Positions 46,436 through 56,042 of a stretch of 64,000 nucleotides of DNA are shown here, in pieces (the first letter of the stretch is position 1; each line of letters opens with the position of its first letter). A program made the position numbers and the translations under genes. This DNA comes from Syntrophobacter sp. SbD1 (GTDB taxonomy: Bacteria; Desulfobacterota; Syntrophobacteria; Syntrophobacterales; Syntrophobacteraceae), in the NCBI GenBank assembly GCA_900290365.1, contig OMOE01000167.1:6305-70304 (forward strand). The letters run 5' to 3'. A model generated the notes under the pieces. The model had not been told where the DNA came from. It was given only the letters and a program-made list of their open reading frames with translations, and made no database searches.

Positions 46436-46464
46436 TAATCCTGTAAATCCTGTTAATCCTGTCC
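46436..46464. repeat. Word-repeat copy (TAATCCTGTAAATCCTGTTAATCCTGTCC)
   Basis: Identical to 38139-38167 and to 39340-39367. Confidence 0.9.
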
Positions 46465-46599
46465 AAGTCTTTAGTAATTGCTTCCGTACCCCCAACACGA
46501 TATCTTTTTTTAAAGTTATCAGACTAATACGCTTTTGGATAGAGACAGATGTGCCTGCGCTGATATAACATATGACGACTACAACCAAGGAGGGGTCGA

Positions 46600-47064
46600 A
46601 TGGAATGGTTCTTCAGGACCGATGACACGTGGCAGAACCTGATTGTGCGGGTCAGCCTCGGGGCAGTAATGTTCCCGCATGGAGCGATGAAGCTTTTGGG
46701 ATGGTTCGGAGGCAGCGGCGTTTCGGGGACCGTTGCGGCTTTTTCTCAAAACTTTCACATTCCCCCGTTTTTGACTCTGCTCGTCATAGCGGCCGAATCT
46801 TTGGGCGCGCTGGGGCTGATTGCCGGTTTTGCCACCAGGCTGTGCGCATTCGGGATTTTTTGCGACATGCTCGGGGCTATTTATCTCGTTCACTGGCCCA
46901 ACGGGTTTTTCATGAACTGGTTTGGCAAGCAGCATGGAGAAGGGTTCGAATATCACCTCCTGGTCATCGGTATGTCACTCGCACTCATGGTCGCCGGAGG
47001 AGGCAGGTTCTCGGTGGACAGTGCCATATGTCCCAAGAGCTTTCATAACAGGATAAGTCTATAA
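46600..47064 (+). CDS. DoxX family membrane protein
   Basis: LIVRVSLGAVMFPHGAMKLLGWFGG and four TM helices. Confidence 0.75.
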   Translation: MEWFFRTDDTWQNLIVRVSLGAVMFPHGAMKLLGWFGGSGVSGTVAAFSQNFHIPPFLTLLVIAAESLGALGLIAGFATRLCAFGIFCDMLGAIYLVHWPNGFFMNWFGKQHGEGFEYHLLVIGMSLALMVAGGGRFSVDSAICPKSFHNRISL

Positions 47065-47067
47065 GGA

Positions 47068-48234
47068 TTACCTGGACCTCAACGCCGAAACGATATTCAT
47101 GCGGGCGGCTCTGACAGAGGGCAGCGCACCTCCCACTATTCCCATCACGATTGCAAATATCACCGAATCGGCAACTATCCGGCGGCTTAGAAGAAAGCGG
47201 AAGGTCAGCTCCGAGAAAGTGGTCCAGTTCATCGTGGAGATAGTTATCCTGTTCATGCACGAGGCGGCGGCCAGACCGGTCACGGCGCCGAGCAGGCTCA
47301 AGAATACCGCTTCGGCCATAAACGCAAGCAGGATGAAGAGCCGGCGAAACCCGAGCGCCCTCAGGGTCCCGATTTCCGAGGTGCGCGCCGAAACGGCGGC
47401 GTACATGGTGATCATGGACCCGGTAATGGCCCCAAGGCTAAAGATGAGCGTGAGGCTTATTCCCAGAATTCGGATAAATCTGGCCATCAATTCCGATTGG
47501 GCTTCATAGTACTTGTCCTCGCGCCTGGCTTCCTCCACAAGGCGGGGGTCTTTGAGCACGGTTTCTTTCAATTCCGGCAGGGTCGACGGGTCCCTCATCC
47601 GGATGAGCACCGATGAATAGACCGTTCTTTTGAAAGCGCCCATAAGGCTATCGACGTCTCCCCAGATTTCCGAGTCGAAAGCGGTGCCGCCGGCATCCAT
47701 AATGCCTGAAACCGTCCAGGTGTGTCCCCCGAAATTGATGGTCCCGCCAAGACCGGCGATTTTGAATTTTTTGGCGATATTTCTGCCTATCAGGATTTCA
47801 GTGGAACCTGCATTGAACTCGCGCCCCGCAACTATTTTGATCTGAGGACGCAGTGCGAGGGAAACTCCGTGCGTTGCCCCACGCACCTGAATATTTGACC
47901 GAGAGCCGGTCTCCTTTTTGGCAAGAGTGATCAGCACTACCAGTTCGCGAGCTGCGAGCAGTCCCAGGTCATGGTCTACGGCCACCTGCGGAAACGACTC
48001 GAGGATTGCGGCATCTTTTCTCTCTATGAGACTCTGGACCTCGGTTTCTGCCGATCTGCGGATAAAAACGGCGTTTTCGGAGCTTCCCGAAGTGATCAGT
48101 GTCTGCTGGAAGCCTTCGGCAAGCATCAGGACCGTTGCGAAAACGAAAATGACCAGTCCCATACCGCCCGCCGTCAAAAGGGTGGTAAGGCGCCGAACGA
48201 GCAGATTGCGATAACTGTAATAGAAAAGGAGCAT
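47068..48234 (-). CDS. ABC transporter permease, MacB/FtsX-like (no adjacent ATPase gene)
   Basis: N-terminal TM, large periplasmic domain, and a C-terminal FtsX 3-TM block (RTSEIGTLRALGF). Confidence 0.8.
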   Translation of the reverse strand: MLLFYYSYRNLLVRRLTTLLTAGGMGLVIFVFATVLMLAEGFQQTLITSGSSENAVFIRRSAETEVQSLIERKDAAILESFPQVAVDHDLGLLAARELVVLITLAKKETGSRSNIQVRGATHGVSLALRPQIKIVAGREFNAGSTEILIGRNIAKKFKIAGLGGTINFGGHTWTVSGIMDAGGTAFDSEIWGDVDSLMGAFKRTVYSSVLIRMRDPSTLPELKETVLKDPRLVEEARREDKYYEAQSELMARFIRILGISLTLIFSLGAITGSMITMYAAVSARTSEIGTLRALGFRRLFILLAFMAEAVFLSLLGAVTGLAAASCMNRITISTMNWTTFSELTFRFLLSRRIVADSVIFAIVMGIVGGALPSVRAARMNIVSALRSR

Positions 48235-48290
48235 TCAGATCACTTGGAGCCGTGAAACTTTGTCAGTGGTTTTGCTGTTCCATTCGCTGG

Positions 48291-48377
48291 TTAGCTGCGG
48301 GATTTCCACTCTTTTGGGTCGCGACGGCCATGAAAAACGGCGAGTATGGTCGCGACGTCCTGCTGAGCGCAGGCGCC
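48291..48377 (-). pseudogene. RelE/ParE toxin remnant (last 28 codons only)
   Basis: Directly after the antitoxin stop, in the same frame: GACAQQDVATILAVFHGRRDPKEWKSRS*. Confidence 0.45.
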
Positions 48378-48602
48378 TCACTTCGAGGTTTCCAGCCTAC
48401 GCTTTATCTCTTCCCACGATTTGCCCTCATCGGGAGATGCTTCCCGGGAGTTAAGCCTCCTGTCAAGCTCTGTTTTTTGTGCTTCGGTTAATTGTAGCGA
48501 CTCTTGTTCGGCAGCAATACTATCCCATAACTCTTCAACCATAAGTATCCGCTCAGCCACACTGAGTTTCTTCATCTCTGATGGTGTCAAGCACTGTTCC
48601 AT
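48378..48602 (-). CDS. Addiction-module antitoxin component (TIGR02574-like)
   Basis: LSVAERILMVEELWDSIA...LTEAQKTELDRRL...SWEEIKRRL. Confidence 0.7.
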   Translation of the reverse strand: MEQCLTPSEMKKLSVAERILMVEELWDSIAAEQESLQLTEAQKTELDRRLNSREASPDEGKSWEEIKRRLETSK

Positions 48603-48696
48603 ATATTGCCCTCCAATTGGCGTTATCACGTTTAAATCAAGTGCCGGTGACAATCGAGGATAGGGCAAAAAATTATATCAGCGTGAACCCGCCGTA

Positions 48697-49788
48697 TCAA
48701 TCGGAAAAAGAGCCGATCCTTTCAGCCGCTTCCCGGTCAAGGGTTTCGATAAGCTTAAGTATCAGTTTCAGGGTGTTCGAGTAGTCCGTTATATCGAGTA
48801 TGGTGTTGTGTGTATGGACATATCGCGACGGGACGGCCAAAACAACGGTGGGCACTCCGGATGCATGCAGGTGAATAGGGCCCGCATCGGTACCGCCTTT
48901 CCTCCTGACGGCCACCTGGTGGGGAATGGAGTTTTTCTCAGCCGTTTCGATCACGAATTCGGTAAATTTGCGATTCATGATCGCAGATGAGTCTATGATG
49001 CGGATCTGGGGACCCGAACCGACAACCGCCTGCCGGTCCTGTTTGCTCGTGCCGGGCAGATCGTCTGCTGGAGCGCCTTCAGCCACAATGGCCAGATCCG
49101 GGTTTGTCGAAAATGCTGCCGCGCGTGCGCCCCGCATCCCCATCTCCTCCTGGATGGTCCCCGCAAAAATGAGTGTATTAGGATGGGACATTTTTGCGCT
49201 CTCCAGTGCCGCATGGATCACCAGGGAAAGGCCGGCCCTGTCATCGAAAGCTTTGGACAGCAGCAGGTCAGGGTTGTGCATCCGCACAAAAGGACTGTCC
49301 GGCACTGCCGGGTCTCCGAGCCGGATGCCGAAATCGCGCGCCTCGCCGGCATCGCGGGCGCCCACGTCGATGAACATCTCCTCTATGCCCATCACCTTTT
49401 CGCGTTCGGCATCGGAGAGGAAATGAGGAGGCTTTGCGCCTATCACGCCCGGAATTTCGATTCCTTCCCTGGTGCGAATTCGCACTCGTTTGGCAAGCAG
49501 CGTGTGCGCCCACCATCCGCCGAGCACAAGGAATCTTATGAGGCCGTCATCCATTATTGTCTGCACCATGAGACCGACTTCGTCCATGTGCGCGGGAATA
49601 AGTATCCGGGGATAGGCTGAGCTGCCTTTTCTTTCGCAAAAGATGTTGCCGGCCCTGTCGGCAAAAACGCCTTCTCCAAGCTCACTTCGAAAGAGCCGCC
49701 GCACCTCGTTTTCCTGCCCTGGCGCACCGTGGGCCTGGCTCAGTTTTTGGAGAAGCTCCACCCCTTTTTCTTTTATCGTATCGTTCAT
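48697..49788 (-). CDS. M42 family metallopeptidase (FrvX/glutamyl aminopeptidase-like)
   Basis: HGAPGQENEVR, HMDEVGLMV, AFDDRAG, QEEMGMRGA, and TVVLAVPSRYVHT. Confidence 0.88.
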   Translation of the reverse strand: MNDTIKEKGVELLQKLSQAHGAPGQENEVRRLFRSELGEGVFADRAGNIFCERKGSSAYPRILIPAHMDEVGLMVQTIMDDGLIRFLVLGGWWAHTLLAKRVRIRTREGIEIPGVIGAKPPHFLSDAEREKVMGIEEMFIDVGARDAGEARDFGIRLGDPAVPDSPFVRMHNPDLLLSKAFDDRAGLSLVIHAALESAKMSHPNTLIFAGTIQEEMGMRGARAAAFSTNPDLAIVAEGAPADDLPGTSKQDRQAVVGSGPQIRIIDSSAIMNRKFTEFVIETAEKNSIPHQVAVRRKGGTDAGPIHLHASGVPTVVLAVPSRYVHTHNTILDITDYSNTLKLILKLIETLDREAAERIGSFSD

Positions 49789-50180
49789 CTTCCGGTCTCC
49801 ACGTGCACAACTGACGTTGGTCGTTCGTCGGGCGCAAAACCTGCCCGCTCGCTGTTATCGTGTTTTAAATGTAATTGCAGTGGGGCACAATAGAAATCAG
49901 GCGGTTTGAAAGCAAGGAGATTTTAGTCTCGTGAAGGGAGAAGCCTCGATGTGGGTTTTAAGGGGGCGCAAAACCCCAAACATTTGCCACAATGATGAGA
50001 GCATCACGAGCCGATATGAGGTATAATAGATACGCCCACCGCCCTGAATTCTGCTTCTCACCTGTGTCTTAATGCTTGACCGGTTCCCTATATCACTTTA
50101 AATTCAACTCATTGGAATTTGTAGATTCTACTGTTTGCTTTCGGCCCAAATATTTACTGCCCGGGGATTGGAGATAAATC

Positions 50181-51437
50181 ATGTTGGATTCAACGGCGGC
50201 TGTGGACAAGATATTGGTCTGTGTGAGCGCCAGTACTTCCAGTGCGAACGTGATACGATACGCTGCAACAAAGGCCGAGGGCATGCACACCAGGTTTTTT
50301 GCGGTGCATGTGGAAACTCCTCGCGGGATGCTGCTGCCCGAAGATGAGCGCAACCGGGCTATGGACAATATGAGGCTGGCCGAGCAACTCGGGGCTGAAA
50401 CAGCTACCCTGACAGGTCGAAACATTGCCGAAGAAACGATGAGGTTCGCGCGCGAGAAGGGCATAACAAGGATAATAGCCGGAAAACCAGGACGTTCGCT
50501 ACTACGGAGTATTTTCCTGGCCAGCCCTGTGGATCGCCTGGTGCACATCAGCGGAGAAATCGACATTGAGATTGTCTCAGGTGAATCCGGGGAGGCGTTT
50601 CGCGCGCCCTATCGCATTAGGTCCCGTGAAATTCCCTGGTCGGATTATGGAACGGGCTTACTTTTTTACATGCTTGCTACGGGGCTCTGCTTCCTGATGT
50701 TCAGGCGTTTCGATCTGAGCAACCTCATAATGGTCTATTTGCTGGCTGTTATGGTGACGGCCATTGAGACCGGGCGCGGACCGGCAATTGCCATCTCTCT
50801 GCTGAGCGTGCTGTCGTTCGATTTCTTTTTTGTTCCCCCGCGTTTTTCGTTCACGGTGGATGACGCTCAGTACATAGTGACTTTCATCGTCATGTTTGCG
50901 GTCTCTTTGACTATAAGCCACCTTACGGAGCTGATGCGCAGGCAGACTCGAACGGCCCGTCTGCAAGAGAGGCAGGCAGCCGCGATGCATGGTCTGAGCC
51001 GACAGCTTGCCGGCTCCAGGAGTGTTGAAAAGATCTTGAAGATAACCGTGGAGTACATCTCGGAGATTTTCGACTCCAAAGTGATAGTCCTGTTGCCTGA
51101 CAAGGACGGCAGATTGAAGACGGGCGGTGGCGACCCTTCCCTTGTATTTCAAAAGGATGTGGTCCGGCAACTCGACGTTGCGAGCAAAGCATTCAAAACG
51201 GGGGAATCAACCGGGTGGGGAACCCAACACGAGCCGGAAAACGAAATACTCTATGCCCCGCTTCAAGTAGCGGATTTAACTCTTGGAGTTGTCGCGCTGC
51301 GGCCCGGCGATCCTGATAGGTTTCTCATGCCCGATCAGCGCTACCTGTTCGAATCGCTTGTGAAGCAGGTGGCCCTTTCACTTGAAGTTGAGTTTATGGC
51401 CGAAAGATGCATACCGTTGCAATCGGCGGTTTTCTAA
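50181..51437 (+). CDS. KdpD-like sensor fragment: USP-like + DUF4118 membrane + GAF-like domains, no histidine-kinase core
   Basis: ILVCVSASTSSANVIRYAATKAE...RIIAGKPGRS (the KdpD USP region), 3-4 TM helices, and a GAF-like tail. The ORF ends before any HisKA H-box. Confidence 0.7.
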   Translation: MLDSTAAVDKILVCVSASTSSANVIRYAATKAEGMHTRFFAVHVETPRGMLLPEDERNRAMDNMRLAEQLGAETATLTGRNIAEETMRFAREKGITRIIAGKPGRSLLRSIFLASPVDRLVHISGEIDIEIVSGESGEAFRAPYRIRSREIPWSDYGTGLLFYMLATGLCFLMFRRFDLSNLIMVYLLAVMVTAIETGRGPAIAISLLSVLSFDFFFVPPRFSFTVDDAQYIVTFIVMFAVSLTISHLTELMRRQTRTARLQERQAAAMHGLSRQLAGSRSVEKILKITVEYISEIFDSKVIVLLPDKDGRLKTGGGDPSLVFQKDVVRQLDVASKAFKTGESTGWGTQHEPENEILYAPLQVADLTLGVVALRPGDPDRFLMPDQRYLFESLVKQVALSLEVEFMAERCIPLQSAVF

Positions 51438-53296
51438 TCTTTCTTCATCGTATCGGGGCGGCAGCCAAAATAGCTGATTTCAAAGTTAAACTCAGGGAAT
51501 TTCCTGGGCAGGGTCATCAGGTTGAACACCATGACCCCGATTGCGAGTCTGTCCAGCCATGAGGACATAGGCCAGCCGAAGTGAACGGTAATATTTTTGT
51601 CAGGCAACTCATATTTGAGAATCTTGAGCAGAAGCAAAATACGCTGATATAGCTTGCCCCGCAGAAGGGGAAAACGGAAATGGTTTATCGCCATTTTTGG
51701 CGGAATGCCCTGGCGCGGTGTATAAAAGGTTATGTAAGCTTCATTTTCCTTAGGATCTTCGAGGGATTCTTCCCGGGGACGGCGGAATATTACGTGTACG
51801 TCCGGCGAGGATGATTCCGCCAGGAAGAGTATCATTTCCATCTCATTGTCGGCCTGGCCGATCTGAACGATTTCCGGCGCCCTTTTCTTTGCAAGCAGGC
51901 TTCCCGCCACGAGGACAAAAAAAGTTATCCCTCCCCACAGAGCCGTTCCATGGGGCTTGTCTATCGCCAGAAAAATGAAGCAGCTTATCAGGATTATCCA
52001 GAGAATAAGCGTGCCGATGCGGCTGGTGTAATAAGGGATTACTTCCTTGGTGCCCACAAAATAGCGGTAAATTAAAAGCGATCCCATATTTATGCAAAAA
52101 CTCGCCAGGAGCCCTATAGCGTACATATCGGCAAGAACTTGCTGAGAGCCGCTTGTAATTACGATGACGATTGAAAAGAAAATCGCATTTAGAATGTGAA
52201 TCCGGTAGAGCGAATGTCGCCGGTTCGTAGCGATCAGCCACAGGAATCCGTAGCGGTGCGCCACGCGCTCGATCAGTTCGCTTGAGGCGACGAAAGCGGT
52301 ATTAACGGCCATAATCAAAGTGATGCTGGCCAGTCCGGCAACCAGGATGCCGAATAATGTCCCGTTGAGCAATGTTGCATAATGGGTGACCAGGTCGCCT
52401 TCATGCTCGCTGAAATTGATCGGGGCGCAAAGAACCAGTCCTGCAACCAGAGGTGTCGCGATGCCCACTGTAAGCGCCAGGAAAAGATATGCCTTATGGA
52501 TCTCGCGCCAGCTCCGCACAAAACCGGCCGTCTGTATGACCGATTCGATTCCTGAATAGGCCAGGATACAAAATGCTATGTGGCTTATGAAATTGCCGTA
52601 ATCATGGAGAAGTGAGCCCGTCTCAAGCGGCTTTAACGCTTCACCGCCGGACTCTTTGAGGCGCGCCAGGGCAGAGCTGTCAAATTCGACTATCCCGGAT
52701 GCAATAAGGTTCATCATAACGAAGGCGGCCATGATGAAAATCAGGAACGTAAACCTGGCATTCTCTCTTATGCCGAGAATATTTAGTCCTGCCATTGCCC
52801 AGAGAATCCCGAGCACGAGAAAGACAACAAGGGACGGGTTCTCAGCAACATGAGGGAAAAATGAAGTCGCATTAAGAACGGCGCTCACAGCCGAAATACA
52901 CGCGGTGAGTATATAATCGACCATAATGGAAGAAACGGCCACAAAGGATATCATCGGACCAAGCACGAGGTAGGAGAAAGAATATACTCCTCCACCAATG
53001 AGACCGTTATGCTCCAGGATTTCAGCAATCTCGGTAAACCGCGTGCTCATGAACCGGATAAGAATGCTGGTAATGGCGATGAAAACTATGGCTTTCAAAC
53101 CGATGAATCTGAATGCTTCGGCAGGGACATAAAAGATGGACGTAAATTCGTCCATAAGGGTGATTATTGCAACCGCCAGCCAAGTCAGCCAAATTCGGCC
53201 CGTCTGGGAAACGGTGAGAAGATTCGGCCGTCTCATTAGGTAGACGAAGGTTACCACAAGTGACAGATTGAGGAGGAAGAGAACGATGAACTTCAT
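51434..53296 (-). CDS. APC-superfamily transporter resembling KimA (K+/H+ symporter) with a cytoplasmic C-domain
   Basis: 12 TM. GGGVYSFSYLVLGP...SSIMVDYILTACISAVSAV parallels the KimA GGGAYIVS...LLVDYILTVAVS. Preceded by a c-di-AMP riboswitch. Confidence 0.65.
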   Translation of the reverse strand: MKFIVLFLLNLSLVVTFVYLMRRPNLLTVSQTGRIWLTWLAVAIITLMDEFTSIFYVPAEAFRFIGLKAIVFIAITSILIRFMSTRFTEIAEILEHNGLIGGGVYSFSYLVLGPMISFVAVSSIMVDYILTACISAVSAVLNATSFFPHVAENPSLVVFLVLGILWAMAGLNILGIRENARFTFLIFIMAAFVMMNLIASGIVEFDSSALARLKESGGEALKPLETGSLLHDYGNFISHIAFCILAYSGIESVIQTAGFVRSWREIHKAYLFLALTVGIATPLVAGLVLCAPINFSEHEGDLVTHYATLLNGTLFGILVAGLASITLIMAVNTAFVASSELIERVAHRYGFLWLIATNRRHSLYRIHILNAIFFSIVIVITSGSQQVLADMYAIGLLASFCINMGSLLIYRYFVGTKEVIPYYTSRIGTLILWIILISCFIFLAIDKPHGTALWGGITFFVLVAGSLLAKKRAPEIVQIGQADNEMEMILFLAESSSPDVHVIFRRPREESLEDPKENEAYITFYTPRQGIPPKMAINHFRFPLLRGKLYQRILLLLKILKYELPDKNITVHFGWPMSSWLDRLAIGVMVFNLMTLPRKFPEFNFEISYFGCRPDTMKKD

Positions 53297-53474
53297 TTAG
53301 TTTCCGCTGAGCCTCGTCACAATTTTGTTTTAATTTAATATCGTGAAGCAAAATAAAACTGCTGAAGATCGCGGAAAAGCGTGGGAGGGGAGCCTTGGGC
53401 GGATTTGTACGGGAGACTCACGCCCAGTGCTAAGACGTGTACAATCTCATACATTCCGTTTAAGAAAGTACCCT

Positions 53475-53600
53475 CTTGACGCCTGCGAGGTTAGCTGACG
53501 GGCTCGGGCCAATGAGGTTGCCCTACGCCATTTGGCGATACGCCCCTTTTTTCTGGGTCCCCCGCTCCAAAGACCGGATTCGGCGATTAAAGCGTGGGCA
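53475..53600 (-). promoter_or_regulatory. c-di-AMP riboswitch (ydaO/kimA class)
   Basis: Minus strand reads ACGCTTTAATCGCCGAATCC...GGAGCGGGGGACCCAGAAAAAAGGGGCG...CCCGAGCCCGTCAGCTAACCTCGCAGGCGTC. The conserved cores AGCGGGGGACCCA and CCGA.CCCGUCAGCUAACCUCG.AGGCG are both present. Confidence 0.8.
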
Positions 53601-53628
53601 ATGTAAATCCTTGCAAAGCGCATGTCAA
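53600..53628 (-). promoter_or_regulatory. Sigma-70 promoter driving the riboswitch and transporter
   Basis: Minus strand reads TTGACA-17 nt-TACATT. The predicted +1 falls at the 5' edge of the riboswitch. Confidence 0.7.
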
Positions 53629-53802
53629 GAAAGTTAACGTGCCCCACATTTCATTTTGAAATGATTTGCAATAATTTGCATTGCGATTCAGCCTTGCCCC
53701 TGGAGAGGTCTTTTTCTTTAATTTATTGAAGTTAAAGGATATTATTGCCTGCTCCGGATGCGGGGCATTAGATTGCCTGATACTCCGGCACCGGCCGGGA
53801 GG

Positions 53803-55623
53803 ATGACTATGAGATTGAGGACAAAACTTATTCTGGCATTCAGCGGGCCGCTCGCCATTCTGATCATTCTCGGCCTGATCAGCGCTCGAACGATCACGAA
53901 GTCCAGCCACACGGTGGAGAGGATTTTCCGTGAAAACTACGACAGCGCCGACGCATGCCTTAAGATGAAAGACGCCATCCTAGTGATGGATGGAACGGCG
54001 GAGATATTTGTTTGGGACGGTGTGAAGGACGAAAAAACAATTGCCGCCGATCTGGAGTTTGTAAATCACCTCCGGTTCCAGCAGGGCAACGTAACGCTTC
54101 CGGGCGAGCAGGATTTGACCGATTCTCTAACAAATCAATGGAACACGTATCGGGTGGCGTTAGAGAAGTTTTTCACCCTATCCTCAGAAGGAACGGACCG
54201 GAGGCAGTTTTATCGAAACAGCATCCTGCCGCAGTCCCAGCGCGTTTTGGACATTGCGCAGCGAATTATCGACATAAACCTCAACAACATGGTTTCCACA
54301 GACGGGCAGGTACGCAAGGAGGCGGCGGAAACCAACCGCACCCTGCTGCTCCTTGTGCTCTCAGGCATCCTGCTCTCGGCGCTCTTCGTTGGAATATTCT
54401 GGCAATCCATGGTGAGGCCTATTTCCAGGCTTATGGATTCCGTACAGGAGATCCAACGCGGAAACCTCGACTTCTTTGTCCATGTGCATTCGAAGGATGA
54501 AATAGGAAACCTGGCCTCCGCATTCAATGAAATGACTTCAACCCTTCGCCGGTTCAGAAAAATGAACCGGACAAAGCTCCTGCGTTCTCAAAGGGCGACC
54601 ATTTCGGTGCTGAACGCTCTTCCACAGGCAATCGCCGTTTGCAATCCAGGCGGTGGGATCGAACTTTCAAACGAGGCCGCGGTGAAGATGTTCGCCCTTG
54701 CTCCCGGGAAATCTATTAAGGACGCAGCAGATGAAAAGATAGTCGAACTGTTCTCACAGGCGAACCTGGAAATGCGGCCGTTTTGCAACAAGGGATGGGA
54801 TTGGGCAATCCAGAAGTTTTCGGACGGCGATGAAAAGTTTTTCCTGCCCGAAGCAATTCCGATATTCGATGATGAGCATGGACTGATCGGCGTTACCATG
54901 GTCATCTCCGACGTTACCAGGCTGCGGCAGCTCGATGAGGCAAAAAATGGCCTGATTTCGACCGTTTCACACGAGCTCAAGACCCCCTTGACTTCCATCA
55001 GGCTAGCAACGCATGCCTTGCTCAATGAAAAACTGGGAGTCCTGAACCCCAAGCAGACGGAACTTGTCTTGGCCGCCCGCGAGGAAAGCGATCGGCTGCA
55101 CAGGATCATCGAGAATTTGCTCGAACTTGGCAGGATGGAATCCGGTGGAGCCAGGCTCGATCTTATGCCGATCAGTGCGGAGGAAATCCTGCTGGCAGCC
55201 GCAGATGAAATGAGGACTGCCTTTGCCGACAGGGGCGTATCACTTTCCCTCGAATTGCCGGCCGATTCACCCCGGGTACTTGCCGACAGGCTCAGGCTGG
55301 GAATTGTATTCGCAAACCTGCTTAACAACGCGCTCAAGCACACCCCTCCCGGAGGCCGGGTTACGCTCTCCGGGCGCGAAGAAGGCGGCGAAGTGCTCTT
55401 TTCCGTCGAAGATACCGGTGAGGGAATACCCCAGGAGAATTTGCCCCACATTTTTGAAAAATTCTTTCGAGTGCCGGGATGTGAAGAGTATGGGACCTCG
55501 GGATTGGGACTGGCCATAGTGAAAGAGATTACCGAGGGTCATGGAAGCAATATCAAAGTGAACAGCAGTCCCGGAAAAGGCGCCAGGTTCGAATTCGCGC
55601 TCAGCAAGGCTGAATCGGTTTGA
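53803..55623 (+). CDS. Sensor histidine kinase (periplasmic/4-helix sensor, HAMP, PAS-like, HisKA, HATPase_c)
   Basis: H-box STVSHELKTPLTSI, N-box LLNNALKHT, G1 VEDTGEGIP, G2 GTSGLGLAIV. Confidence 0.9.
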   Translation: MTMRLRTKLILAFSGPLAILIILGLISARTITKSSHTVERIFRENYDSADACLKMKDAILVMDGTAEIFVWDGVKDEKTIAADLEFVNHLRFQQGNVTLPGEQDLTDSLTNQWNTYRVALEKFFTLSSEGTDRRQFYRNSILPQSQRVLDIAQRIIDINLNNMVSTDGQVRKEAAETNRTLLLLVLSGILLSALFVGIFWQSMVRPISRLMDSVQEIQRGNLDFFVHVHSKDEIGNLASAFNEMTSTLRRFRKMNRTKLLRSQRATISVLNALPQAIAVCNPGGGIELSNEAAVKMFALAPGKSIKDAADEKIVELFSQANLEMRPFCNKGWDWAIQKFSDGDEKFFLPEAIPIFDDEHGLIGVTMVISDVTRLRQLDEAKNGLISTVSHELKTPLTSIRLATHALLNEKLGVLNPKQTELVLAAREESDRLHRIIENLLELGRMESGGARLDLMPISAEEILLAAADEMRTAFADRGVSLSLELPADSPRVLADRLRLGIVFANLLNNALKHTPPGGRVTLSGREEGGEVLFSVEDTGEGIPQENLPHIFEKFFRVPGCEEYGTSGLGLAIVKEITEGHGSNIKVNSSPGKGARFEFALSKAESV

Positions 55624-55778
55624 AAAACAGGTGCTGCATGGCCAAAAATCCGTATCCGGTAAGTAGGTATACTATTCGATGAGGCAGGAAGAACTGGCAT
55701 TTTGCTCAATTCGGCTTTACAATTAACAAAAAATAACGAACATTGTTATCGCGGGTACCTATGAGAGGAGCCAGCGCC

Positions 55779-56042
55779 ATGAATGTTTCCCTCACGCCAC
55801 AGCTCGAAGAGTTGGTTAAAAAGAAAGTTGAAAGCGGCCTATACGGTTCCGCAAGCGAAGTTATGCGCGAAGCCTTGCGCCTTCTGGATGAACGGGACCG
55901 CCTTCATACCATGCGTCTTGAAGAATTGAGAGCGGAAATCAAAAAGGGTTTGGAGAGTGGCGAGCCGACGCCATTGGATGTTAAAGCCATCAAGGCACGG
56001 GGGCGCGAACGCCTTGCCGCACAAAAGAGGATGCCCACCTGA
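55779..56042 (+). CDS. parD: ParD-family (CC2985/TIGR02606-like RHH) antitoxin
   Basis: MNVSLTPQLEELVKKKVESGLYGSASEVMREALRLL; GAGAGGAG RBS. Confidence 0.8.
   Translation: MNVSLTPQLEELVKKKVESGLYGSASEVMREALRLLDERDRLHTMRLEELRAEIKKGLESGEPTPLDVKAIKARGRERLAAQKRMPT

Noticed and set aside
46331-46460. TPP riboswitch expected upstream of thiE.
   Set aside because: The minus-strand leader shows only a GC hairpin (gggagggc-ataaa-gccctccc) and word repeats. The CUGAGA and ACCUGAUCUGGAUAAUGCCAGCG cores are absent.
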